Positions 25,509-34,439 of a DNA stretch of 64,000 nt are shown piece after piece; position 1 is the first letter of the stretch, and each line of letters begins with the position of its first letter. Below the pieces are notes generated by a model. It was not told where the DNA came from and made no database searches. It was given only the letters and a program-made list of their open reading frames with translations. Origin of the DNA: a virus. The position numbers were made by a program, and so were the translations under genes. The stretch is from the IMG/VR virus record IMGVR_UViG_3300043410_001024, positions 1-64,000 of that record, one strand, 5' to 3'.

Positions 25509-26129
25509 TTATTTTCCTGTTTTTGCAGCTGTTGGTTTTTTAGTTGTTCTTGAACCTATTATGCTGTTACTTGTGGTTGGTTTACTACATTGCATATTTG
25601 ATTTTTCAGAATGTTGCGTTTGTGGAAATAACTCATCGTTTATACCAGAATATTGTTCTAATTTTCTAGATATTGAGTTTAGTGATGATAGGAAACTCAT
25701 CTTATGGTTTTCACCAACTAAGTTTTGATTACATTCTGATTCGTAATCTGTGCCGAGTAATGCGTTATATTTTTTATCATAATGTGCGGTATTCAACTCT
25801 TCTTCAGCAGTTTCAAATTTATTGCGGACGCGAATATTTGACAATGGTGTTGACAGTGCTTCTGAAATATTAGTTGCAATCTGCACACATGTCACTGGAT
25901 AGTTCGTACTAATATCATATACCGATACGCTGATATTTTTTTGATCTGGGAAATCCACTTGGGTTTCTTGGATTGGTGTTGTTTTTGCAGCAGACACGTG
26001 TTCTACTTTATATGTTTGTAGTGCAGTTTTTATTTTATCTGCCATATCTTTTGGTTGTTCACCAACTATTTTCAACTTAAATTCATAATTTTGTTTTGAT
26101 TCTAAGAGGTATTCTTTAAATGATTTCAT
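25509..26129 (-). CDS. Putative prohead core/internal protein
   Basis: N-terminus MKSFKEYLLE resembles the T4 internal-protein leader MKTYQEFIAE; late motif 26154-26148. Confidence 0.7.
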   Translation of the reverse strand: MKSFKEYLLESKQNYEFKLKIVGEQPKDMADKIKTALQTYKVEHVSAAKTTPIQETQVDFPDQKNISVSVYDISTNYPVTCVQIATNISEALSTPLSNIRVRNKFETAEEELNTAHYDKKYNALLGTDYESECNQNLVGENHKMSFLSSLNSISRKLEQYSGINDELFPQTQHSEKSNMQCSKPTTSNSIIGSRTTKKPTAAKTGK

Positions 26130-26150
26130 AGTTTAATCCTAATAGTGTAT

Positions 26151-26627
26151 TTATTTCATATTCTTTAATTTTTCAATTAAGCTATTTCGGTCGGTTACCA
26201 CAAACCCATCCCCTGCAATATTCACCCCTTTATCGTCAGTTGTATCATTATCCATTTTTTGTTTTTTAAGTTGCAATTCAATCATTTTAAGTTTTTTATC
26301 AATTTTGGCTGATTTGGCATCAACCGCATTTTTTAGCATACTTGATGCAACCTCAAAGATTCGAGCTGAATATCTTGCTTCAACATTCATACCCAGATCC
26401 ATTAAATCGTCATACGCATCAGTTGCGCGTTGTGCTAACGCATCAAACTCTTGGTCACTACCCTCACCTAATCCTTTTACAGCAGGTAATGCGGCTGAGA
26501 TTTTATCAAATTCAGATATATCTCTAAAGTTTACGACTGGCTCGACTGGAGTACTGCGTTTTGGTTCTGTGGGGATGAATTCTTTGTTACTAGGTAAGTT
26601 TAGTATTTCTTCAAGTTTTTTAGTCAT
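26151..26627 (-). CDS. 16: Terminase small subunit (T4 gp16-like)
   Basis: Coiled-coil ARIFEVASSML, C-term VVTDRNSLIEKL; near gp17 and gp4. Confidence 0.75.
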   Translation of the reverse strand: MTKKLEEILNLPSNKEFIPTEPKRSTPVEPVVNFRDISEFDKISAALPAVKGLGEGSDQEFDALAQRATDAYDDLMDLGMNVEARYSARIFEVASSMLKNAVDAKSAKIDKKLKMIELQLKKQKMDNDTTDDKGVNIAGDGFVVTDRNSLIEKLKNMK

Positions 26628-26636
26628 AGGTTATCC

Positions 26637-27077
26637 TTATTGTTTTCCGCCTTGGTGGAATATATCGTTTTCATTTAATACTCTAAATCGGATACCCTGT
26701 TGTCTACACCATGCAGTGGCAGCTTGCCATTTTGCTTGATTTTTAATAAACTGTTTTTGGTTTGATATACTTTTACCAACCTTTTCTAACAATTGTTGAC
26801 TAGATGGTTTTATTTCAATAAGCTCTACTTGTAGCTTGTTATTATTATCAAGATATTGAATAAAAAAATCTGGTACGTAAACGGTATTTCTGTTAGTTAG
26901 TGGGTCTCTATAAGGAATAGTAATAGCTTCACTTGCCCATTTTTGAATTGCTTTGTTTTTATCACAAAAGTTCATAAAGTGTAATTCCCAAGAACTACGA
27001 TACATTGGTTTTTTATTACCAACGTATTTTTCTGGGTGTTTCATATTAAAAAAACCTTTTGCAAATTTATGTGCCAT
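26637..27077 (-). CDS. 4: Head completion nuclease (T4 gp4-like, TnsA fold)
   Basis: KYVG, YRSSWE, WASE, YVPDF, IEIKP, NQAKW, FRVLNE. Confidence 0.92.
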   Translation of the reverse strand: MAHKFAKGFFNMKHPEKYVGNKKPMYRSSWELHFMNFCDKNKAIQKWASEAITIPYRDPLTNRNTVYVPDFFIQYLDNNNKLQVELIEIKPSSQQLLEKVGKSISNQKQFIKNQAKWQAATAWCRQQGIRFRVLNENDIFHQGGKQ

Positions 27078-27079
27078 TG

Positions 27080-27445
27080 TTATACCAATATGTTTCGTGT
27101 TTCATAATTATCAGCAATTGGCTGTATTCTATAACCGAGAACACTTGTTTTATCTCGGTTTGCATTTAGAACTTGCGCCACTAGTTGACTTAGTTGGATT
27201 TCGGGTAATCCTTTTAACGTATCTAACAATGTAAATACATTAACATTATCAGTTCTTGCTTGAGTAAGTAATACTATTGCGGTTGATCTAGCGCTGTCAA
27301 TATCAAATTCTCTTTTTAAAAAGAACCCAACCACAGCATCGATTTCATCAGTTGGAAAACTAATTGTTTTAGTAAAATACTTATCATAGAACTGTCTGGT
27401 ATTTAATAATTTACCATTGTTTGTTAGTGCAGTTGTATCAATCAT
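27080..27445 (-). CDS. Hypothetical structural-block protein
   Basis: 121-aa ORF tightly packed in the late operon. Confidence 0.7.
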   Translation of the reverse strand: MIDTTALTNNGKLLNTRQFYDKYFTKTISFPTDEIDAVVGFFLKREFDIDSARSTAIVLLTQARTDNVNVFTLLDTLKGLPEIQLSQLVAQVLNANRDKTSVLGYRIQPIADNYETRNILV

Positions 27446-27455
27446 CTATCGTTTC

Positions 27456-28412
27456 CTATATTAACTTGTTCAGTGATGCTGGTGTCGCACTCATAGTATC
27501 CCCAGTTGGGAATAATACATCCGAAACCCCACCAATATTATTACCATTAGATGAACCAGTGGCGGCACGTTCGGCTGCGGTTTGCGCACCGATTGCATAA
27601 GTTGCGATCTGTGCAAGTTGTGATGCAGTTGTCTGACTAGCCACATCATTAATCGCTGCAGTATTTGGATATGTTTGTCCATATAAAGGTGATGGTGTCA
27701 AATCATAATGCTGTGCTGCAAATCCTTCAGGCCCAGATGTTTCAGTAATTGGTCCGGCACCATAAGCAACCGCTTCATATGCAAGCTTCATAGTATAATC
27801 TTGTGGTTGATTACTACTATGGTCAACTTTATTATGATTCCAATGTGTAATAACTGGGTTGATTAATCTATAGCTATTGTACATATGGCCTGACATTTGA
27901 TACAATGTAACATAATTAAAAAATGGAACTGTACTTCCATTATCTAAACCATATTTTCCATGTATATACGATGGACCTTGTGTTGCATTTCTACCATATG
28001 ATTTACCAGTTGCCGCCACGGTTGGGTCGCTATAATAATATAAGTAGTAATTTTGCCATAATTGATTAATAATATTAGCACTATCATCGTGGAATGTAAT
28101 TTGTGTCTCACCGTATTTATGGGTGGTTTGAATTACTTTTTTTCTATTATATTGATTAGCGGTTTCGGCGGTTACGTTAAAGATTGGTAAGTCCGCAGTT
28201 TTGACTAAAATATTAATTTCATTCCTAAACATAGTTCTTAATTTTATATCCTTTAATGCTTTTGGGTTTATCCCAAATGCAACATGGAATAGAAATTTTG
28301 GTTTAGGAAAAAGTCTAAATTGATCATCAACGAATATACGAGCAGCAGTTTGTCTATCTCGTAGGATTATCGTTGGGTCTGGTTTTAATTGGTCATTAGG
28401 TGTAAAAGGCAT
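27456..28412 (-). CDS. Tail-tube-fold baseplate/tube initiator protein (gp48/gp54-like)
   Basis: PKPKFLFHV, VKTADLP, NQYNRK, ITFHDD, LINP, LAYE. Start moved to ATG 28412 because the 28577 start crosses the gp19 stop and terminator; ATAAATA at 28423-28417. Confidence 0.75.
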   Translation of the reverse strand: MPFTPNDQLKPDPTIILRDRQTAARIFVDDQFRLFPKPKFLFHVAFGINPKALKDIKLRTMFRNEINILVKTADLPIFNVTAETANQYNRKKVIQTTHKYGETQITFHDDSANIINQLWQNYYLYYYSDPTVAATGKSYGRNATQGPSYIHGKYGLDNGSTVPFFNYVTLYQMSGHMYNSYRLINPVITHWNHNKVDHSSNQPQDYTMKLAYEAVAYGAGPITETSGPEGFAAQHYDLTPSPLYGQTYPNTAAINDVASQTTASQLAQIATYAIGAQTAAERAATGSSNGNNIGGVSDVLFPTGDTMSATPASLNKLI

Positions 28413-28453
28413 AAAGTATTTATGCAAAAAATAAGTTACATTTTTGAAGACAT

Positions 28454-28478
28454 AAAAAAACCCACCGAAGTGGGTTTT
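28454..28478 (-). terminator. Intrinsic terminator after the tail tube gene
   Basis: AAAACCCAC-UUCG-GUGGGUUUU followed by U residues. Confidence 0.85.
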
Positions 28479-28494
28479 CTTACGCATATAATTG

Positions 28495-29124
28495 TTATAT
28501 TGTTGCGTAACCAGTATCCGCAGGACGGTCTGTACTTTCGTATCCAATACCTTCGCCGTATTCAGAAAGTTGAACACAGTTATCTGGTTGAATCATCAAG
28601 TCGATTGTCATGTATGCGGCATCACCGTAGCTTAATGCATTATATTGGGTACTTTGGATATAACATCCATAGCATTCCCATGCTTCTAACACAGTTGCAC
28701 CGTTTGAACCATTTCCACCATCTAGCATTTCAATTGTCATTTTGAACTTGTAATCACCACCAGATGCGGCTGAACTTTGTTCATAGAAATCAAATTGTTT
28801 TTGATTTTGCTGGCCGACGAGTTTTGTAACTTCGCCAGTAGCATTATCACGAATTTTAACAGAGATTGGTTTCCAGGTTGGTTTACCGGCGTAATTGATT
28901 TTACTGTTGTAAACCTCAATTACTTTGTTTTCAAATTCCACATTTGGACGTGCAGCCTCTGAAACTTGTTTAGTAATTTCAGTGGTGTCTGCTGACTCTG
29001 CACCAAATCCAGTAAAGGTAATTCGGAAACGGTATTTCAATTTTGGCATCAAGGTGCCTTCGGTATCTGACCCATTATCTGATTCTAATGGAACCGAAAA
29101 TTTATTTAATGTTGAACTAGCCAT
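28495..29124 (-). CDS. 19: Tail tube protein (T4 gp19-like)
   Basis: MPKLKYRFR, ARP, YAGKPTW, WECYGC; immediately downstream of the sheath gene. Confidence 0.88.
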   Translation of the reverse strand: MASSTLNKFSVPLESDNGSDTEGTLMPKLKYRFRITFTGFGAESADTTEITKQVSEAARPNVEFENKVIEVYNSKINYAGKPTWKPISVKIRDNATGEVTKLVGQQNQKQFDFYEQSSAASGGDYKFKMTIEMLDGGNGSNGATVLEAWECYGCYIQSTQYNALSYGDAAYMTIDLMIQPDNCVQLSEYGEGIGYESTDRPADTGYATI

Positions 29125-29137
29125 TTATATCTCCTTA

Positions 29138-32100
29138 TTAACCTAGTGCTTTAATTTCGCCAGTATTTTTTAAACGTAATGGAATGTAAATGAATTCCAC
29201 TGATTTAACTGGTTCAATAGCGACGTCCAAATATAGTTCATTACGATCTATTCTTGCTGGGGTGTTATTTGTTTCATCACATACCACCACATAGTCATAT
29301 AAAGCACGTTGTCCCACTAATTCAAGTAACAGTTTTTCTGCTGCATAAGCTAGTTCCGCACGAGTGCGTGGGTCGTTAGGTTCAAATAAATATGGTTTTG
29401 CAAGAACTGCAAATTGTCTACGTAATTGGATTACTAAACGTGCAACATTAATTCTATCTAAAGAACTTGCATTTTTCGCGCGTGTATATTGTGCAAAGTT
29501 AACAATACCAGCACCGTTGATAAATGTAATTGCATTTACTTTAATACTAGCTAATGTATCACGTTGACCAACATTTAATGCAACAGTTTTGAACTCGCCT
29601 TCTGATGTAATATAACCAACACTATCAGCGTTAGTAATACCACCACGACGTGTACCCGCTGGTGCAAACCAAGGATAACTTGCGTTGTCACTTAATGCAA
29701 TTGTACGGAGCATCATATGACTTGGTGGAACCGCAATGTTATTACCTAAGTTGTCACTTGTGTAACCCCAAGGATAGAAAAATGCCAAGTATTCATCACT
29801 TGAAACTAACCCACGTTCATTATCTTCCGCAGCACCATTTTGGTTGTTACCCCAATTACTTAACGATGTTGCATCTGGTGCTAATCTAGCAGGTGTGTCA
29901 GCGACGACGAATGCCGTAATTCCACGGTCATAATTCAAGTTTTTCATTTCACCAACAAGCTCTGAGTAGCCAGGGCATGCTATCAAATTGAAAATTCTTG
30001 ATTCATCATCACGAATTTCTTGGTTAGAGTTAACTAATGCTTGTAATGCTTGTACTACAACAGTTCGTTGTGCTTTATGACCAAATGTTCCAGCGCCGTC
30101 GATTTGATTAGCAGCTTCACTAATCCATCTGTGTGGATAATATGGTGCTACGTAATCAGGTTCGCCAAATGTGCCAGATGACCCCATGTATTCATTTGAA
30201 TTACGGAGGTTACGAGCTGTTAGATCAACATAATTGTGAACAAATTTCTTCACGTTGAATCCACTTCTACGTAAGTTCCATAACAACATACCTTTTGGAT
30301 ACAATGCTGGGTCTGGTGCATCGAAATCTAAGAAATCATTTGTCAGCAATACTTCAATGCTGCTAGCATCAGCTGATTTACCATCAGTATTCCATCTTGC
30401 ATCGTGGAAAAGAATACCAGTATCGGTTGATTGATCAGTTGTATCAACTAAAATCCATTTCTTAGGGTTAGCTTGGAAACGATAGATAGCTGGGTAATTT
30501 TCTAAATCAGACATATCAATCCATAAATCACCGTTTTTCAAACGAGTTGAACCATCTGATTGTGTCGTTGGTTTAGTTGCACTTACAATAGGACCGTTAA
30601 CGTCGGTTGCACCTACGCCTTCGCCTAAGTCAGCGTTACGATATCCAATCCATGTGGTACCATTATGAACCATAATATCAACATCATCTGTAATACTATT
30701 GTACCATAATTGGCCATTTGCGGTCGTTGCTGAAATTTCCGAAGCACTTGCAGTTGCAAATCCAGCGGTTTTATCATCTGACAATGCAGTCCACAATGTA
30801 GCGATATAATTATCATTCATATCACCATATAAATTGGTCGTTGGCGTTAAACCAGTATTGGGATCAATCGCACCAAATAACACAGCGAATGGGGTGTTTG
30901 TTCCATCTGCAATTTTGATATCACCACCATTTTCATGTTGGATAACTAATTGATTTGTTGCAACCGCAACGAATGCGGTAACTGAACCACCCAATGAATT
31001 AATAGCTGTCGCTAATGCTTCTGCATTTGCGATAGCTGAATCTGCACCAACGCTTAATAGTACGTCAGTTTCAGAGTGGTCAACCCATGTGTTACTTCCA
31101 GTAGCACTTTCACTAACTGTAAAAGAAACCATAGTGTGTGAACCAAATGTATTATCAAGAATTGGAATACTTTTAATAGTGGTTGGTCCAACTGTTCCAC
31201 GTCTGTAAATTTTAAAGTTAGCCAATACTGGATCACTATCCAAATCATTGTATTTGACATACAATGTGTTTAATGGTAAATTGATACCACCACCGGTTGA
31301 ATCCAATGCTGCCAATGCAGTGATGTGATCTTTATATAGCAATGGTGTATTAGGACTTGACCATGCTTGAACCGCTGAATTATAACGAGTAACAGTCCAA
31401 CTTGCACCCAAATTAGGTGTGGTCGTTTTAATCCAGATTGAACCAGTTGGATTATTATCATCTGATAATCTGTATGCTGGTGGTTGGGTATGTGGTGCAA
31501 TTGTCAATGCAGGTGCATTGTAAGTTGCAGCAGTCATTCCTAATGCTGACAACATATTACCACTAATTGAAATAGTGGTTGCATCTGTTGAATATAATGT
31601 CAATTTTCCATTAATTGATGCAGCTTTTACCCCGGCGATTGATTGAGCATTAATGTAAGTTACTAGCGCATCTAACGTTGCACCAGTACAATTTACAGTG
31701 TTAATAGTCAATGTCGATGCGTTGGTTCCATTGGTAACTGGTGATGAAATTGTTCCTTGAACAGTAGGCCAAGATGCCGCCCATGCGTCTGAGCCAACCT
31801 CAACCCAAGTTCCAGCATCAGCTGCGCCAACATAGGTTGCTGGTTTTTTAAACCATAATTTAATTAATGTGCTTACCGCTACTAAAGCATAGCTACCAAC
31901 AGGTGCGCCAATACTTGATTTAGGGGTATTTTCAACACCATTTACAGTATCAACTTGGTTGATGTCAGTAATAACCAATGGGATTTTGTTTGTAAAAGTT
32001 TGCCCACCGATTACGTCTGCGGTTGCAGAATTCCACTCAAAAATACCATATTTAGAATTTTTGATGTCGAACCAAAATGAACCATCAACTGGTTTACCAA

Positions 32101-32482
32101 CTGGCATAATTGATGTTTTATTCAGTTGGGCTAAATCAATATCAGCACGTACAACATATGCACGATTACTAACACCAAGATAGCTATATGCTGCCTGTAA
32201 TCCATATTCATTTTGTTCTCCAGCATGAACAGGATTGTTGTTTGCATCTGTAATAAATTTGGGAATACCAAATGTATCAGATAAATCTTTTTGGCTGGTA
32301 AGTAAATATACTTTTCCAGCATTTGCTTTTAATGTTCCAGGAGCAGTACCTGTCGCAGCACCATTTTGTTTATTTTCTTCTGATGCAACAATAATCAATG
32401 GTACGGTACCAGGTGCGGCAGAAGTGTAAAAACTTTCGTCAATTACTTGAACACTAACGCCAGGTGAACTAAGTTGAGCCAT
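29138..32482 (-). CDS. 18: Contractile tail sheath protein (T4 gp18-like) with large internal insertion
   Basis: SPGVSVQVIDES, FG.P, FYPW, WFAPAGTRRG, DRINVARL, FEPND, VCDETNNTP, IEPVKSVEFIYI. Confidence 0.95.
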   Translation of the reverse strand: MAQLSSPGVSVQVIDESFYTSAAPGTVPLIIVASEENKQNGAATGTAPGTLKANAGKVYLLTSQKDLSDTFGIPKFITDANNNPVHAGEQNEYGLQAAYSYLGVSNRAYVVRADIDLAQLNKTSIMPVGKPVDGSFWFDIKNSKYGIFEWNSATADVIGGQTFTNKIPLVITDINQVDTVNGVENTPKSSIGAPVGSYALVAVSTLIKLWFKKPATYVGAADAGTWVEVGSDAWAASWPTVQGTISSPVTNGTNASTLTINTVNCTGATLDALVTYINAQSIAGVKAASINGKLTLYSTDATTISISGNMLSALGMTAATYNAPALTIAPHTQPPAYRLSDDNNPTGSIWIKTTTPNLGASWTVTRYNSAVQAWSSPNTPLLYKDHITALAALDSTGGGINLPLNTLYVKYNDLDSDPVLANFKIYRRGTVGPTTIKSIPILDNTFGSHTMVSFTVSESATGSNTWVDHSETDVLLSVGADSAIANAEALATAINSLGGSVTAFVAVATNQLVIQHENGGDIKIADGTNTPFAVLFGAIDPNTGLTPTTNLYGDMNDNYIATLWTALSDDKTAGFATASASEISATTANGQLWYNSITDDVDIMVHNGTTWIGYRNADLGEGVGATDVNGPIVSATKPTTQSDGSTRLKNGDLWIDMSDLENYPAIYRFQANPKKWILVDTTDQSTDTGILFHDARWNTDGKSADASSIEVLLTNDFLDFDAPDPALYPKGMLLWNLRRSGFNVKKFVHNYVDLTARNLRNSNEYMGSSGTFGEPDYVAPYYPHRWISEAANQIDGAGTFGHKAQRTVVVQALQALVNSNQEIRDDESRIFNLIACPGYSELVGEMKNLNYDRGITAFVVADTPARLAPDATSLSNWGNNQNGAAEDNERGLVSSDEYLAFFYPWGYTSDNLGNNIAVPPSHMMLRTIALSDNASYPWFAPAGTRRGGITNADSVGYITSEGEFKTVALNVGQRDTLASIKVNAITFINGAGIVNFAQYTRAKNASSLDRINVARLVIQLRRQFAVLAKPYLFEPNDPRTRAELAYAAEKLLLELVGQRALYDYVVVCDETNNTPARIDRNELYLDVAIEPVKSVEFIYIPLRLKNTGEIKALG

Positions 32483-32524
32483 AATATATTCTCCATAAAT
32501 ACGTTCTATCTAGATCTGTAACTG

Positions 32525-32532
32525 TATTTATA
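32525..32532 (-). promoter_or_regulatory. T4 late promoter consensus for the sheath/tube operon
   Basis: Exact TATAAATA 42 nt upstream of the sheath ATG. Confidence 0.75.
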
Positions 32533-32606
32533 GAGATTTTAGTTTTTATCGCATTTAGCACCCATAAAAAAGGGCAAAAAAGGTTTGAATTTTGTTAAAT
32601 ACTGGC

Positions 32607-32936
32607 ATGAGACCATTATGTTCGTGTAGATCCTATCCAGTTGCCATTAATTATATAAAAAATGGCCGAACCTATTATCGTAAAGTATGCGAAAGCTGTT
32701 TGAAAGGGAAAAGAGTTAATTGCAGGTGGGCTCAAGTTGGATACACTAAGAAAAGCCAATGTGATAAATGTGGATTCAAATCACCATACTCAGAGGTTTT
32801 TAGAGTATTCCACGTTGATGGTGATTTGAATAATTGTAGACCTAGTAACTTAAAAACAATTTGTGCAAATTGTCAAGTTCTGTTACACCGTGAAGGGATT
32901 ATTTGGAGGCAGGGGGATTTGAAGCCAGACTTGTAA
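32607..32936 (+). CDS. Cys-rich HNH-like zinc-finger protein
   Basis: CxC/CxxC pairs, HVDGDLNNC...NLKTICANC; ATG 32607 lies 5 nt after TTAAATA. Confidence 0.75.
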   Translation: MRPLCSCRSYPVAINYIKNGRTYYRKVCESCLKGKRVNCRWAQVGYTKKSQCDKCGFKSPYSEVFRVFHVDGDLNNCRPSNLKTICANCQVLLHREGIIWRQGDLKPDL

Positions 32937-33546
32937 TTAAGTCATCGAGTTGTGCATATAGTTCTTCTATAGAACCATCATTCTCAATTACATGATCGAG
33001 TTCTGTGACAAACCATGCCCATTCACTAGGATGAACTTTTTTTGATAATCGTGCGCCAACTCTGGCGGCATATGCGTTATCAGATAATGCATTTTCTGCA
33101 TCGATTCGCCAGTCCGGTTCAAAGCCACGTTTAATACGTATTATAGTACCACCGGCATCTCTGATTGATTGAATTTCATTTGGAAACCGGCAATCTGATA
33201 TTACAACATCACCGGTATAGTGTTTCATTTTATTGGCTAAACTGGCAATCCAGATTTCATTATGAAATGAATCGCGTCCAAGTGTGGTTCCCCATTCGCG
33301 TAACATTGAGCGAGGCGATACCTCAAATCCTAGTCGTTCACTCCACCAGGTATCTGGTTCTTCCCGCCATGCACGTGACGCTGGTGTTGCACCATCAAGT
33401 AATAGTCTGTTCCATCCAAATATACTAGATAACACATCTTTCAAACTATTTGCAAATGCTTCCTGTGTAAAACTATGATGTCTTACTAAGTAATCAGATG
33501 CTGTTGTTTTACCTGAACCAATTAAACCTACAATTCCTATAATCAT
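32899..33546 (-). CDS. 1: Deoxynucleoside monophosphate kinase (T4 gp1-like)
   Basis: GIVGLIGSGKTT, FANSLK, WGT, ISDCRFPNE, HPSE, IENDGS. Confidence 0.92.
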   Translation of the reverse strand: MIIGIVGLIGSGKTTASDYLVRHHSFTQEAFANSLKDVLSSIFGWNRLLLDGATPASRAWREEPDTWWSERLGFEVSPRSMLREWGTTLGRDSFHNEIWIASLANKMKHYTGDVVISDCRFPNEIQSIRDAGGTIIRIKRGFEPDWRIDAENALSDNAYAARVGARLSKKVHPSEWAWFVTELDHVIENDGSIEELYAQLDDLITSLASNPPASK

Positions 33547-33567
33547 TTTATATCCTTATAAAATTAT

Positions 33568-33596
33568 ATTATACCATATAAGATTTATTATGTCAA
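33568..33596 (-). promoter_or_regulatory. Consensus sigma70 promoter for the dNMP kinase
   Basis: TTGACA (33596-33591), 17 bp, TATAAT (33573-33568). Confidence 0.85.
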
Positions 33597-34382
33597 TTAT
33601 CCAATAACAAATGTGTACGGCAAGCCACCAGGTACAAGATTTTCAATTTCTTTTTCAAGTTTTTCAATTTCTTCTTTTGCTGATTGCAATAATGCCGAAC
33701 CGTTTAACGTAATACCACCAGATGGTCCTGCGATACTAGCAAATAAACTTCTAGCTTCACCGAGCATAATTTTACAAGTGGCTAGTGTATAATCGCGTAG
33801 CCATTGTTTAGCGTAAATATCAGTCAATAATACAAAATCTGGTCGATAGTTATATGTTTGAACTAATATCTGCTCACCGTTTGCAAATGGTCGTTGTAAA
33901 ATAGTCAATGTATGGTTCTGTGCTTTCCATTTAAATTCGATAAAACTACCAAACATTCTACCAACTAGTTTTTGATATCCGGCAAACATATCGTATGTGG
34001 CAAGACCACCCATCATACTTCCACTTAGTAAGTATGTATTAGTGTATGCTAAGTTAAATGGTTCGAACAATGTACCACCTGCTCCCATTCCAGAGCGAGA
34101 ACCAATCGCTCTGCGATACACTTGTCTAACTTCAACTACCTCATTTGGTAATCGATATTCATTTTGGTCTTGAATGAGTTCAAGAAACATGTAGCTTTCT
34201 TCTACCGCATTTGAACTGCGTTGTCTAAATTTGTTAATAGCTTTATCTAAAGCTGTTTCATAATGTATTGGGTCGAGGTCGATGTCAATCATTCCATCGC
34301 CTAGCATTGCTTTTACGTAATCAAATACTTTGTTACGTTCTATAGTTGGGGTGGAATCATTTGAGTTATAATCATCAGTCAT
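33597..34382 (-). CDS. 13: Neck protein (T4 gp13-like)
   Basis: LGDGMIDIDL, WLRDYTLA, GGITLNG, EIEKLEKE. Confidence 0.85.
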   Translation of the reverse strand: MTDDYNSNDSTPTIERNKVFDYVKAMLGDGMIDIDLDPIHYETALDKAINKFRQRSSNAVEESYMFLELIQDQNEYRLPNEVVEVRQVYRRAIGSRSGMGAGGTLFEPFNLAYTNTYLLSGSMMGGLATYDMFAGYQKLVGRMFGSFIEFKWKAQNHTLTILQRPFANGEQILVQTYNYRPDFVLLTDIYAKQWLRDYTLATCKIMLGEARSLFASIAGPSGGITLNGSALLQSAKEEIEKLEKEIENLVPGGLPYTFVIG

Positions 34383-34399
34383 GTTAAATCTCCTATGTA

Positions 34400-34416
34400 T
34401 ATTTATACGATAAATA
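34400..34416. promoter_or_regulatory. Divergent late promoters for gp13 and gp14
   Basis: TATAAATA on minus (34407-34400) and ATAAATA on plus (34410-34416). Confidence 0.75.
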
Positions 34417-34439
34417 TCTTAATACTAGAGGATTACCAA

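Noticed and set aside
26637-27077. TnsA-like nuclease as a transposon
   Set aside because: Motifs and position match the T4 gp4 head completion protein; no transposase partners or terminal repeats.
32607-32936. HNH protein as a mobile homing endonuclease or intron marker
   Set aside because: Small, free-standing, no interrupted neighbour gene and no intron-like structure seen; terminase, helicases and UvsX show no intein or intron.
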